DNA of 64,000 nt, taken from Alloascoidea hylecoeti (lineage: Eukaryota). The notes beneath the pieces were generated by a model, which saw only the letters and a list, made by a program, of their open reading frames with translations, did not search any database and was not told the DNA's origin. The DNA lies in the NCBI GenBank assembly GCA_001600815.1, contig BCKZ01000010.1:79527-143526 (forward strand), in the 5' to 3' direction. Both the position numbers and the translations under genes were made by a program. Each line of letters opens with the position of its first letter. Position 1 is the first letter of the stretch. Shown here piece by piece: positions 45,967 through 58,476 of the stretch.

Positions 45967-48900
45967 ATGTCAAACTCCAGTAGAAAGTGTCAGCCTCCTC
46001 TAATGGGCCCCACTTCTTCTTCATCTCGTGGGAATGATTCCCAGAATCATACTGGAAAGGTCAATGCTCTAGAAAGTAGACTGGGTCCCATAATAGGTTC
46101 TCATAATACCAAGGAGGAACATAGGAAGAAAAACACTCATAAAAATGGGAAGCAAAGAAATGATAATGATAATGCCATAAATTTGAAAGATAGTGAAGTA
46201 AACTATCACGATCTCATCCCAAATAGTGCCAAGATTTTACAGAACATTAGGTCCCGTACCAGTAATCAACCACCTTCAACACCTTCTTCAACAATTGCAA
46301 CTCCACTACCGCCGCCTTCACAGGATAAACCACACAGAGAAAATTTACAGGAGAAAGTATCTAAACAAATAATTGATGCAATAACTAATCCTTATAGAAA
46401 ATCCCACAATGTTGATCATAAATCATCCTATAACTCAAATAATAAAGAGTCAGCCATCTTACTTAATAAAGAACAAAATACGACATCTTCTATAAATTCA
46501 GTATATAACAGACGACCTAACGAACTCAGACAACGAATTGGAACATTAAATAACTCAAATTATCATAAAAGAGAAGGATCGTCTGTCCCGCTTTCACAAG
46601 TTTTACCCAAGCGACAGAAAACATCAAACAGTAACAATTCTTTTGCTGAGTCCACTAAACAAAGTCAACCCAAAAGAGATTATCACCAAAGATATGTGAG
46701 TAAAGGTAATTTAGAAGACACTAGGAATACAAAAAGAAATTATCACCAGAGAAGTAATATATCACCTAAGGATTCATCATCCAGATTGTCCAAAACAAAT
46801 GAGGTAGTCAACCATCATCCCCATCAAAGTAGAAGACCTTCTGTTAGCCGAAAAAATTCTCCCAAAAATCATCATGTGTCAGCTGATGATCAGAAGCCTT
46901 TGAATGTTAAAAATCATCACAGACAATTGTCAGGCACCCCAATTCATTCTTCAGTGTCAAAAGATATTTCGAATGTTTATATTAAACCTGAATCAACCCC
47001 ATACCAAGAATACAACAATGGTGAGATCACTAGAAAAGAGATTAAAACTGAATTGAACACTAAATCGCCAAAACCTTCTTCAAATATATTGCAAGAACAC
47101 ATCAAAAATGAAGTCAATACGGAAAAGACCAAAATTGGATTAAATGTTAAATCACCCAAACCTTCTTCAAATATATTACAAGAACACACCAGGAGTGTAG
47201 TCAATACAGAAAGGACTAATTTTGGATTAAATGTTAAATCACCCAAACCTTATTTGAAGGCAGCAACATCGTTACTTGTTAGTGGTACAAATCTAAAACG
47301 CGCTGATATTAATGTTGAGACAAATAATCAAATGAAAAATGCCGATAAAGTGGATACCCTAAATTCACATCGTCGTTCTAGTAAGGAATCAGGGAAACGA
47401 AAATCTAGCGGAACCCATTCATCACTAAGTCGTGTGTCTTCCATTTCTAGTACTCCAAGAGATCATTCATTAGAATCATTCACAAGTGCCAGTGAGATTA
47501 CTTTGCCAACTCAATCATATATTAGTGCTGATATTGAAAAAGTTGTGACAGATGGTGTTGATGTTATAAAAAATATTTTGACTGATATACCTAAGACGAA
47601 TCCCAAACCAGTGGCACCTACTGTCGACAATGACAAAAGCATCACAAGAGAACAAGTTAGAGATTATATTTCACATTCCCGAAGAAGCAGCCGCAGTTCT
47701 TCTAGATCAAGAATAATCAAGACCCAAGATACCAAACCTGATCCACAAGCCAGTCCAGTTATGCCACAAGTGGAGAATGAAAAAACTCCCTCAAAAAGCC
47801 CAAAAGTACACAATCCCAGAAATCAAATAGTTAGTGAAAAACATATTAAATTCGATTCAGAACCGTTAGTCTCTGGCTCTACAGATAATTCACGAGAGAG
47901 TGATAACAATAATATCACTAAAATATCACCGCAGCATGTAATCAAAACACATAAGCTATTTAAAGACAAAACCCTAATTCAAGTTTCTGAGAGCCTACCT
48001 CAGAATAAAAAGAAATTAACTTCATCATTATTTGATCAGCTAAGAGTGTCTGTGTCGCCACCTACACCATCTCAAAAAGATAAAAAAGTTTTGTTGACAA
48101 AAAGGGACCAAGCAAGTAATAATAAGGTTTCTGCATATGCACACAGAGAAAATAAAAAATCTTCCATATTCTTTAGAGATGATTCTGCCTCAGAGGGGCA
48201 GTTACAAGACAAGACCAAAAACTCCAAAAGTTTTCACTCCACTTCTCAACTATCCAGTTCAACAACGAAGCATCTAAAATCTAGGAAACAATCTAAGCAC
48301 ATAGACTCAACAGTAAAACAGTTGTCATCAAGTCCACAATTATTTAAACCGAATATTTCTGAGAAGCTTTCATCACCTAGCATGAGCAAGAGGCCAAGAA
48401 AAATGCATTCGTCATCGGATCCACCAATACCAAAATTAGTTAATTTATCTCCTGTTCATATTAAAGAGAATATTCGTATACCTTCATTGCACAATAACAG
48501 TGATGATGAGTCTGAAGATAGTCTTCGAATAAATAAGAAATTGAAAGTTAAAGCAAAGACAATAGAGTCACCTAAGAAAGTGAAGTCACGCTCTGAAAAT
48601 GATCAAATAAAACAGCTTCAGGGTAGGCAATTCGAATTTCAAAGGTCAAAATCAGAACATTTAAAAGAAGAACCAAGAGAAAAAGAGCTTGTAAACTTGG
48701 TGAAATTTAGCGATGAAGCAACCGATCACTCACTCAAACGAGAACATTTAAAACAGACAATTTCACAACTTAGCTTGAATACTAACTTTGATTTTGAAGA
48801 AATAGATCTTGAAACATCACCTTTATCTGTTTTATCAAGGACTCCAGATTCTGGTTTTGAAGATGACTTTAATGATTATTATGGCATTACTTCACCTCTT

Positions 48901-50619
48901 ATTATCCCCAGGAAAATTCAAAACAAAAGCAAGCCTATTAACCCTCCCATCCAAAAAAGAGCTAAATTATCTAGTAACTCACAGAAGATTAAAGCAGAAA
49001 ACTTTTCGAAAAAAGTGCCTCGTAAATCAACAAATAACATTCCTATGCTTGCACCAAAATTAGATGATGCATTCAAAGCAAAGAAATCAACGCCATTGAA
49101 AGCAAAGAAGGTGGAATTCAATACTTCAAGACCATCTGTTCTTCAAATTATTAGCCAATCCAAGCCTAATACTCAGTCACCAAATGATAAAGAGACATCA
49201 AATGATAAAGAGACATCAAATGATAAAGAGCCACTAAAAGATAAAGAACCACCAAGAGATAAAGGGTCTAAAGCACAGACTACTGATTCAAATATTGCAA
49301 GTGATGGCATAAGTACAGTTACCACCGAGAAGTTATCCAGTAGCCAGGTGACAAATACACCATCAATCAATTCTCGATCATCAACACCTTCATCGAATGC
49401 TCAGAAGGTTCACATTAGGAGCAACCATCAAACTCCTACTTCAAGTTATCCAATATTGACTTCTAATGATAGAGTAGAGCGAAAATATAATGGTGTCACC
49501 CAAAAATATTTCAATGAGATTAAAACACAGAGAGAGGATACTCGTATAAACCTCCAAAATAGTTTTAATCCAATCCATAGCACAGGTAAGCCAAAGCCAA
49601 ACCTCAGCAAAAATAATAACATTTTCAAGAAAAGAGTGCCGTTACCTTCTCAGGAAGAACTGATGATGGAAAGCTTGTCGCATTCATATTCTAGACCAAG
49701 ACGAGACGATCTTTCAAGGGGAGAATCAAGGTATAACGGTGTATCTCGTCATTCTACGGCTTCTTCCCCAATAAAATCAGAGGTCAGAGCAGTTAATCAA
49801 AATTATTATAATGAGCAATTATGGCCTTCGATGATTGAAACTCCAACTAATGACTGGTTCACACCACAAAAGTGTTTGCTAAATCACACACCTTCTTTTT
49901 TGGATGGCATATCTACCAGAGATGAAGCTATGGAGCGACTAAAGGGAGTAAATTTTATTATTAATATTGCCCAAAAGTTGAGATTCCCGAGAATGACTGT
50001 AATGGTGGGAGCAATATTCTTTCATCGTTATTTTATGCGTTTTAGTTTCAGGAAGGTCAATAAATACCATATAGCAGCAGCATCTTTATATTTGGCAACG
50101 AAAGTCGAAGAAACTATTTTGCCCCGAAAAGAAATTGTTGGCTGGTGTATGAGGGTTACTCGTAAAGATTCAGAGCTTCCAATAGACATGGAGTCTTCTG
50201 ACTTCAAAAGATGGGATGAAATAATAATGGGTTGCGAAATTTCACTGCTCGAGGTGTTATGCTTTGATTTAGAACTCGAGAGCCCTTATGAATCTCTCGA
50301 TAAATTAAGTAATGATTTTAAAGTGAATAAACTACCTGGGGCATATAATACTTTAAAATCTTTTGTCGATGATACATGCCGCACTACACTGGTTCTTAGT
50401 CATAAGCCATTGGTATTGGCTGCTGCCGCTATATATTCATATTCTCATGCTTCTGACTTAAAGATTCCTTATCAATGGTGGAAGGCTTATGATGTTGATG
50501 AGAAATCAATGATTGAAATTTCAAATACGATGTCTGATTTTTATACCGATTTGCACGCTGGCTCAAATGGTCTCACACCGCCAACAGAGCAGAGATATAA
50601 GCGTGTTACCGAAAAGTAA
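45967..50619 (+). CDS. Transcriptional cyclin (Bur2/Pch1, cyclin T/K class) with a very long disordered N-terminus
   Basis: C-terminal cyclin boxes RLKGVNFIINIAQKLRFP..GAIFFHRYFMR, LYLATKVEE and LLEVLCFDLELESPY. First ATG is at 45967. Confidence 0.88.
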   Translation: MSNSSRKCQPPLMGPTSSSSRGNDSQNHTGKVNALESRLGPIIGSHNTKEEHRKKNTHKNGKQRNDNDNAINLKDSEVNYHDLIPNSAKILQNIRSRTSNQPPSTPSSTIATPLPPPSQDKPHRENLQEKVSKQIIDAITNPYRKSHNVDHKSSYNSNNKESAILLNKEQNTTSSINSVYNRRPNELRQRIGTLNNSNYHKREGSSVPLSQVLPKRQKTSNSNNSFAESTKQSQPKRDYHQRYVSKGNLEDTRNTKRNYHQRSNISPKDSSSRLSKTNEVVNHHPHQSRRPSVSRKNSPKNHHVSADDQKPLNVKNHHRQLSGTPIHSSVSKDISNVYIKPESTPYQEYNNGEITRKEIKTELNTKSPKPSSNILQEHIKNEVNTEKTKIGLNVKSPKPSSNILQEHTRSVVNTERTNFGLNVKSPKPYLKAATSLLVSGTNLKRADINVETNNQMKNADKVDTLNSHRRSSKESGKRKSSGTHSSLSRVSSISSTPRDHSLESFTSASEITLPTQSYISADIEKVVTDGVDVIKNILTDIPKTNPKPVAPTVDNDKSITREQVRDYISHSRRSSRSSSRSRIIKTQDTKPDPQASPVMPQVENEKTPSKSPKVHNPRNQIVSEKHIKFDSEPLVSGSTDNSRESDNNNITKISPQHVIKTHKLFKDKTLIQVSESLPQNKKKLTSSLFDQLRVSVSPPTPSQKDKKVLLTKRDQASNNKVSAYAHRENKKSSIFFRDDSASEGQLQDKTKNSKSFHSTSQLSSSTTKHLKSRKQSKHIDSTVKQLSSSPQLFKPNISEKLSSPSMSKRPRKMHSSSDPPIPKLVNLSPVHIKENIRIPSLHNNSDDESEDSLRINKKLKVKAKTIESPKKVKSRSENDQIKQLQGRQFEFQRSKSEHLKEEPREKELVNLVKFSDEATDHSLKREHLKQTISQLSLNTNFDFEEIDLETSPLSVLSRTPDSGFEDDFNDYYGITSPLIIPRKIQNKSKPINPPIQKRAKLSSNSQKIKAENFSKKVPRKSTNNIPMLAPKLDDAFKAKKSTPLKAKKVEFNTSRPSVLQIISQSKPNTQSPNDKETSNDKETSNDKEPLKDKEPPRDKGSKAQTTDSNIASDGISTVTTEKLSSSQVTNTPSINSRSSTPSSNAQKVHIRSNHQTPTSSYPILTSNDRVERKYNGVTQKYFNEIKTQREDTRINLQNSFNPIHSTGKPKPNLSKNNNIFKKRVPLPSQEELMMESLSHSYSRPRRDDLSRGESRYNGVSRHSTASSPIKSEVRAVNQNYYNEQLWPSMIETPTNDWFTPQKCLLNHTPSFLDGISTRDEAMERLKGVNFIINIAQKLRFPRMTVMVGAIFFHRYFMRFSFRKVNKYHIAAASLYLATKVEETILPRKEIVGWCMRVTRKDSELPIDMESSDFKRWDEIIMGCEISLLEVLCFDLELESPYESLDKLSNDFKVNKLPGAYNTLKSFVDDTCRTTLVLSHKPLVLAAAAIYSYSHASDLKIPYQWWKAYDVDEKSMIEISNTMSDFYTDLHAGSNGLTPPTEQRYKRVTEK
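47062..47250. repeat. 87-bp coding tandem repeat (29 aa, ~2.2 copies)
   Basis: KSPKP units begin at 47062, 47149 and 47236. Confidence 0.9.
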
Positions 50620-50981
50620 CGTAATCTGATTTTCAGCTAATTGTAGCAGTATATATATATAAATATATATAAGAGTTTAACAAAATTGATACGCATGCGT
50701 AGTAATTATATTAATATTAATTTAGCATTAACGTGAGCCACTGGCCATGATCATGAATATTTGTTTTTGGATTTTTGTTTGCAATTGTTTATATAATATT
50801 TGTATTTTTTATTTTTTTTGTTATAGTTTGGGTATATATATGGCTAATTATAGCGTTAGCTGAAAAGAACAAAGAATGGTTAATTATGAGTTGTATATTA
50901 CATATCAATAAACACAGCATTGTATATTATTATAAATTTATACAGACATAGAATTGTAAATGTGTAATTATATCTAAATTA

Positions 50982-53265
50982 TTACTCGCGATCGTATAGA
51001 TTATTCATGCCCCAAGATTGTAGCAAGACTTGAACTGAATCTGGTAATTTTGAATGGTGATCGATGTATGACCGTATCCAAAGTAATATCCAATCTTTAC
51101 TAATCTCAATCTTACTTGTGATTAATTTCGTTCGCAACTTTGACTCACCTTGTACCTTCTTTCTCACACTTTTCACACCACTCGGTATTTCAAACTCATA
51201 CAATATGTTGGTATCTGAACGATCCAATAGGACCAAATCTTTGGTTTCATCATCTCGTTGAAAAACCTGAGAGGTCAAAAACGAAGTTTTATGATCAGAA
51301 CTCCACATAGTATAGATTATATCCTTTGTAACATACTTTTCCATTCCAACTATTTCTTGCACCATACCAGATAGCATTCTCTTCTTATATGGATGTAATC
51401 GATTTTTGGCTTCAGGTATAAAATAAAGGTTGTAGTCGGCAGCGCCCGCAAAATAATGCAAAAGATAATTGAAAAACCATATAGCCCCCACATGCGCTCC
51501 ATATAATAAAATACCTTCTAAAATTTCTTGGTATAAAAAAATGCCTCTATAGTCATCATCTGCCATAGCGGTAACAGCCATAATAAATTTTCTGATCATT
51601 TCATTGGTATACCCAGGTGAGGGTATCTTCCCGCTTACCAGCCCAATAGGTTTGGTTTTAACGTCAAAGGTATCTACTTTGGCATGACTCCAAGCTAACC
51701 TTTTGTACAAATAACCACATACAGTAAAATATTCGAATAACCTACCATGGGTATATTCTTCAAAGGTAGAAATGTTTGTTCCAGCGTTTATCAAATTAGT
51801 TAGGGAATGTTGCGTAATCTGAAGGGTATCGGAGGACTCAAGGTCGGCACAACATCTTCCAGCAATAATAGAGGTGCACATTCTAACTGCCTGAGATAAA
51901 CTATCTGTTATTTTAATTTTAGTATTCGAACAAAAGGACCATACAATGGAAAACAATTATTTGAAATATTTTCGAGCAAATTTTTTGAAAACTCACCTTG
52001 TGAAGAAAAATCAATATTCGAAAATTTGTGAGCCAAGATATCTAGGAAATAAAGAATCCATCTACATTCCCTAAACCCACTTGCAAGTCTTCCATTTAGG
52101 TAATGATAAAAAGCTATTACCAGCTTGTGTTTCACTGTGAAAGAACACAGCTTGAGTAATTTGTAATGGTGTTTCTTAAATTTCATAAGATCTTTTATAA
52201 ATACTTTGGGATTTGATATATCATAGTTCAATTCGGGATACAAACTCGTTTCATAATTAATGAAGTCCTTGTATAGATATTCATCTGGAATAATTTCTTT
52301 GTATACATAGTCAGGAGCAAGTAGTATAATAGCTTCATTTAGGAGTTTAAGAGGATCTTTCTCCAACATGTCTCGGGTATCCCAATTTTTTCTAAAATCA
52401 CCTTGTGACATGCTATACATTTCATACTCTTTTAATGTAGCATAAGCTTTGGATAACAAATAACGACTATAAAAATAAAAAAGGGTGAGCAAAAAAGTGT
52501 GATCAAGAACCAGTAATAAGTAAGAAAAACAACATGTTCCAACCTTTTTAAAACCCTAAAGCATATTGAGTTGGCATCAAAGAAACGATCATCTTGTCCT
52601 ATATGTTCCATTTGTTTATGAATCGGACGGAAGGCTAGACAATCTTTAAAAATATCTGACCATCGGCTAATATTACTCTGAATTAGAAAACGGGGTTAAG
52701 GTTATAAATAAAGCTGGATACTTTTAAAAGGAATACTAACATATCATTTTCGTTAGAATCATTCTGACATTCTTGGATTACATATTCAAGTTTCTCGATC
52801 TCTTCAGTTATATCAGTTTTGAAAGTCGATGCCAAAAGGTTATAACTTTGTACAGCAGACTTCAAAGATTCTATTGCCAAAGTATAAATTCCAAGCGACT
52901 TCAATTTAAGACCCAATACCGTGAACATCGCCGGTTTCAAAGAAGTGTCGCTAAAGTCAGCGGCTAGGCGGCTATTTATGAGCGCGGGGGCGAGTCTTCC
53001 AAGATTCAACAGTGCCAAAATCAAATAGATACGATCCATCACATTCATCGGACTAACAATTTGCTCAAACGAAAATGTACCCAAAAGTTCCAAATACTGT
53101 TCTTTGGATTATGGATATTAATAATGAATAGGTGAAAATAAAATATGACAGTCGGATTAACTTACTGTTATCATATAGTCTTCGTACATGAGGATCTCTG
53201 TCACTCAAAATAACGTTGGATCTTATAATGTTCTCCTCGAGCGACTCTGTCTTCCTCTCCGACAT
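50982..53265 (-). CDS. Multi-exon (probably 5) hypothetical helical/TPR-like protein
   Basis: ORF pieces join through introns: GTAAGT..AAG near 53165-53104, an uncertain intron ending near 52678, 52543-52467, and GTGAGT..TACTAAA..CAG at 51996-51905. Confidence 0.7.
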
Positions 53266-53415
53266 AATGGTTGGTAACAAATCGGTTTGAGAGAGAAATA
53301 TTAAAAAAGAGGTTTCTGTTTGACATTTAAAACGATACCACGTGCAGCATCACCTTCATAATTAATTAGATCTGAGCGACCAGAAAAAACAACGATACTT
53401 GAGTAGGAACGCGAA

Positions 53416-56400
53416 ATGGGCTCTGGACACAATCGGTCGGAAAACTCTGGATCAGGCTCTTCACTGATGTCCATGGATGTTGCAGATGTAAGTGTTTTAA
53501 TGGTTCTATTTAATTTCTAACGACTAACATCATTAACGGACATTTAGACCCAACCCATTCAGTTGAGATCCTTAAGAACCGAGCATATCCAAAAATATAT
53601 GACGATGGACGATGATAGTGAGCATACAGATTTGGAGAATTCGCGAGGTCAATATGCAGAAGACTCGCTGAGTATCAATCTTAAGCGGCATGAAGAAAGA
53701 CATTCACAACTCGATAAATCGACAATGCTCCAATCCTTTAGTTCAGACACAAATACAGGGTTAAATGAAAACCAAGATAAAACGCTAAATATTAACTTCA
53801 ATTTATTGGAAAACTTGGACGAGGAGGACACACTTTCTCGTGATACAGGTAGAAATGCAATTCCGGATAGTCTTCCAAGTTCAGGTTTTACATACAAAAC
53901 AGAAAGACAATTAAATAGCCCAGATGTTAGGTTTGATGATTCCAGAGATATCCCAAATCAAGTAACACCCTTAAAAAATTCATCGGACAGTAAGCCAAAA
54001 GCGTCTGATGTTCAGATAAGTAATCCATTAGAGAAGTTTGATAAGGCAATTCCTTTACCAACGGATTCTGAGAATATTTCAACAGAGTTTAAAACGCCAA
54101 TAGCAATAAATTTAAGAGCTGGCTCACAGACTCCTGGCTTACCTAAACTTGCGAACTTGTTTGAAGATTCTCAGGATAGTCCTCTATGTGAAAAGCAGCT
54201 ATATCGATCTAGTGCCCCATCTCTTAAGACTCCGCTTTCAAATCGAGTAGCGATGAAACGACTAGATCGACTTCGAACTCGTGGGTTTGAAGAATCTGAA
54301 TTAGAGGAACTACCACCAACCGCTTTAATTTTCAATGTAAAACAGACAGATGATACACAACCTATATGTGTTACTTACAAAAATACTGATTCCAAGTTTA
54401 TACAGTTTCATAACACCGATGATGTTACCCAATCTGATTTTCATAATCAGGATACACAGGTATCTGGTCCCGGTGATTATACACAACCGTTGAGATCACT
54501 GCCAGATTCGTTAGATACGATGCATATTCCGTTGCCGGAGATGCAAGTTCCTGGTAGTCAGATCATTGAGATGCCTATACCTAAGGGTGAAAGGAAAGAT
54601 AATAGACAATCACAAGAAGAAATGTTTATTGAAAGCGATGATGAAGCAATTGGTAAAAGCACGGACAACTTTGAAGGGGAAAAAACAATTGAAAAAATTA
54701 ATTTTATGGAAGCCTTATCCTCCTCATCTCCAAAAAGTTCACAAGATAGAATTTTACGATCAAGTTATGATACAAAAGATACACAGCCTATATTGTCTTT
54801 TCCCACCCCAATAAGGTGTAGTTCTAAAGCACCAGTATCTTCTTCAGAATCACGTCTTATTCAAGAGTCATCGCCAGCTATTCGTGAAGGCCAGGATTAT
54901 CCTTTGAATGTATGGACACCCGGGACCAAAACCCTTGCAAAAAAGATAGAGCAAGAGCATGACGTTCAAGCTGAAAATAATGAACCAACAAATGACAAAA
55001 ATATTAAATTATTGAATAGTGGCACATTTCCTCAAAACGTCACTCATGATAATAAACAGAGTTTGGAACATAATAATAATGAAAACATTAGTACTGCAGA
55101 TGACGAGTCAGAGGAAGATATTAGACCTAAAAGAAGAACTAAAAGACAGAAAATACGTCAGGTATATTCTCAAAAAGTAGATTTAGTTGACGAAGGAATA
55201 GGCACTGTCAATGATCCAATTTCAAAGAGAAATGAGCCTGACCTTGTTAGAGAGTTGCAATGTGCAAATCAAGGCAGTCTAACAAAGAAACCCTTAAACA
55301 ATAAAACTAAAACAAAACCAATTCCACTTATATTAAGAGATGAAACTTTTCCAGAAGTTCAGGAAGATGATATCATCTGTGAAAGTAGCGTTTGGGCATC
55401 ATATGCATACAAAAAGAATCGATTCCCTGCAAAAATTCTTGGTAAAGGTGAAACACTAGATTTTAAAGTTATTTTTGCTGAAGATTCGAGCATAGGTGAA
55501 GTGAAGCGGCAAGAAGTTTCTCCTTTGGATATTCAAATTGGGGATACGGTTCGAATTAATAAATGCAAGCAGCATGTATTTGTGGTGACAGGGCTTGAAT
55601 GCACAGAATCGATTGATATTGATCCTACAAAGTTTCGGTGCGTACGTGGTTATGATACGGTCGTGGTTACAAATACTAGAATAGCTAATGGAAAAGAACA
55701 GAAATATCCAATAACAGCAGTGTATATGACACCAGTCCATTGGGCTCAATATTTAAATAAAAGGAAGAGTGGTAGAAATATATTTACGGAAGAATCCAGT
55801 TTGGATGGAAATTTTTATTATAAGAATATGGTGAAACGTCGAGGAAGTCGAAGAAACACTCGAGCAGAACCCACATATACAGTGAATACTTCTCCAGAAA
55901 GTTTAGTTTTTGGATCGTCAAAAAGGCAAAGTTTTCATGATCGCTCAATGTCTGAGTTTAATGGAAAAGACTCTGAGAATGATATTTTTAATATAAGAAA
56001 TACCATGTCGAAAAAAGGTAAAGTTTTCAATCTGATTAAATCCCTTGGGAGAGAGAAATCTAATTCTAAATCCTCGGCGGTTAAACAAATATTTAAAGAT
56101 TCATTATTTTGTATCACTTTCTCAGATGAAAAGACTAGCCTTATTAACCAAATATTGATACACGGTGGGACTGTAGTAGATCATGGATTTATGGATTGTT
56201 TTAAAATAAATATAAAAAGTAAAACAAATGAGGCCAAAAACAATGAAGATATTCAAAATAGCAACATGGATATTTCCTCCAAAGAGTCATCCGATAAATT
56301 GGAACCAATTGCGGATCTGAATAATTACAATTTTGCTGCTGTGATTTCTCATTCCTACCGAAGAAGTTCTAAGTATGTTCAGTCATTAGCACTAGGCTGG

Positions 56401-57171
56401 CCTATACTCGCTGAGCAATTTATAATTGATTGTAATTCACAAAACGCTTTCATTGAAAAATGGAGAAGTTATTTACTTCCAAGTGGTCAATCTTTATATC
56501 TTGACACTGTCCAAAGCTACGATATCTTTGACTTTATAACTAATTGGAAAAATGGAATGAACCTCACAGAGCAGTATTATAATAGAAAGTTATTTCTGAA
56601 AGAAAAACATGTTATAATGTTTATCCTCCCCGATAGAAAAGATACTAAAGATGAAAAACTAGCTGAGTTCATTCTTATGACAATGGGTGCGCTTTCATTT
56701 TCGAAATGTTATACTTATGAGGATCTAGTTGCATCATTAATCAGCTTCCAAAAGCTAAGATTATTTCAGGAAACTAAAAATAGCATATTGATATATGTAT
56801 GTGGAAAAGATGAGAGAGATAAAAGAATGTCAAAATCTCGCGAAGAAGACATTTGGTTTAGAATAAACGAAAAATTAGTTGATACAGTATATTCCAAAAA
56901 TAATAGGGGAAATTCCAGATCTAAAACATCTACAAATGCAATTAAAACCGTAAGAAGATCATCGAGAAAATCTAAAACTGCAGAACAGTTATCTCCAACT
57001 AGACGGTACTCAAAGCAGAATAAAGGCGATATACCATTGTCCAACGAACTAAAGCTGGAGGTTTCTCATGAATTATTAAGTAGTACATTTCTTGTTGATT
57101 GGGAATGGATCATTCAATGCCTGATTAGTGGTCAATTTTTACAGACGAGAGATTTCTATGCAAAGGCATAG
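53416..57171 (+). CDS. RAD9: DNA-damage checkpoint adaptor Rad9/Crb2; exon 1 53416-53487, exon 2 53548-57171
   Basis: Intron GTAAGT..GACTAAC..TAG is in frame. SQ/TQ cluster, tandem-Tudor region (PLDIQIGDTV, RCVRGYDTV) and tandem BRCT (RRSSKYVQSLALGWP, WEWIIQCLISG). The start could instead be ATG 53467. Confidence 0.93.
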
Positions 57172-58067
57172 TTTTGTTTTTCTTATTCCCTTTTTATTGA
57201 TCAGATATCAATAAAAGGATAATATTGAATTTCGAATCCATTTATATGTATTCATATAGCTATCTCATCCGTCTCAAATCTCGTAATATAACTAATATAT
57301 TATAACAAAATTATACATATACTGAACAAGTTATTCCACTTGAATTCGGCCGTTATGATCAATAATTATCCGCCATAATCATACCTGATTTTCGGCCACC
57401 TTTGGTTTAATAATGCATATCCTCGGGTATTTGCAAGTTATACCAGTAATAAAATGACCGAAAATAATTTATGGAAATGGACGATAATTATTAATCAGCA
57501 TGGCCTAAAATAAGTGTAATTACTGTATTCGATGGTACAAAATTATATTTGCTGATCTTTGTATGCCGGGCATCTTTTTTCTTTTTACTAGTATTGGACT
57601 TCACAGATTACATATCACAACTGATCAGCTAGCGCTAATTCTATTCGAAAGGTCTCGATGCTCAGGATATATCTAATATATCTTGCAATTGCAATTGTCT
57701 TATTCGTTTGATAATCTTCATTATGTCATAGATATCGATATTTTTGCAATTGAATCAGCAGAATTAGTGATTATAGGTAAATTGGGACTTAATTGAAATG
57801 ATTTACTAGGAATTTCATTAATTTCAATAAAACAACTTTATTGACAATGTGGCTAAACATTAAAACCTATTTTGTTGTGGATTTATACCATATGTAGGTT
57901 TAGCTATAATAATAATATTTAAGTGTTGTAATAACACAGCATTACAAATGATATTGAGCCTATACAAATATAATTGATAAGAAACTGCTATTAAAAATAA
58001 ATGTGTAAAATAAATGATTGCGAACATTCTCAAATAATTAATCGTTTTCGCATTCATATATGACGTC

Positions 58068-58091
58068 TCGTATTCGTATTCGTATTCGTAC
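58068..58091 (+). promoter_or_regulatory. (TCGTAT)3 TCGTAC tandem array resembling the sterol-regulatory element core
   Basis: About 390-410 nt upstream of ERG6. The Upc2 SRE consensus is TCGTATA. TGACGTC lies immediately upstream. Confidence 0.45.
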
Positions 58092-58476
58092 TATAAGGTT
58101 TCAATTTTATATGCTGCAACAAGCGAAAGTAGCCAATAAATATTAAACTCCACTATTTACTCCTTGATCTTTTTGAACAGCTGATAATTAATTGATCAAA
58201 AGATATTTCCTTTTGGGCCGGGAAATGTTTAAATGAAGTAAAAGCATTCATAATTATGTATGATAGCTTAAATTGGTGGATTAAAATTTAACGCTTACAC
58301 TATGTATCATCCATCTTGAGAACAAAAAAAAGTAAGATTGAACGTTACTAAATTAAACCTAGGCCTTGCCATTAAATACATATAAAGCGGTTGATTTTCA
58401 TTGAAGTTGTAATATCAATTCAAGAATATTTTGATTTATCTTCTTAATCTAGCATTCAACTGCTAAAAATTCAATC

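Noticed and set aside
51908..51956. Apparent frameshift between overlapping ORFs
   Set aside because: Explained by a canonical intron at 51996-51905.
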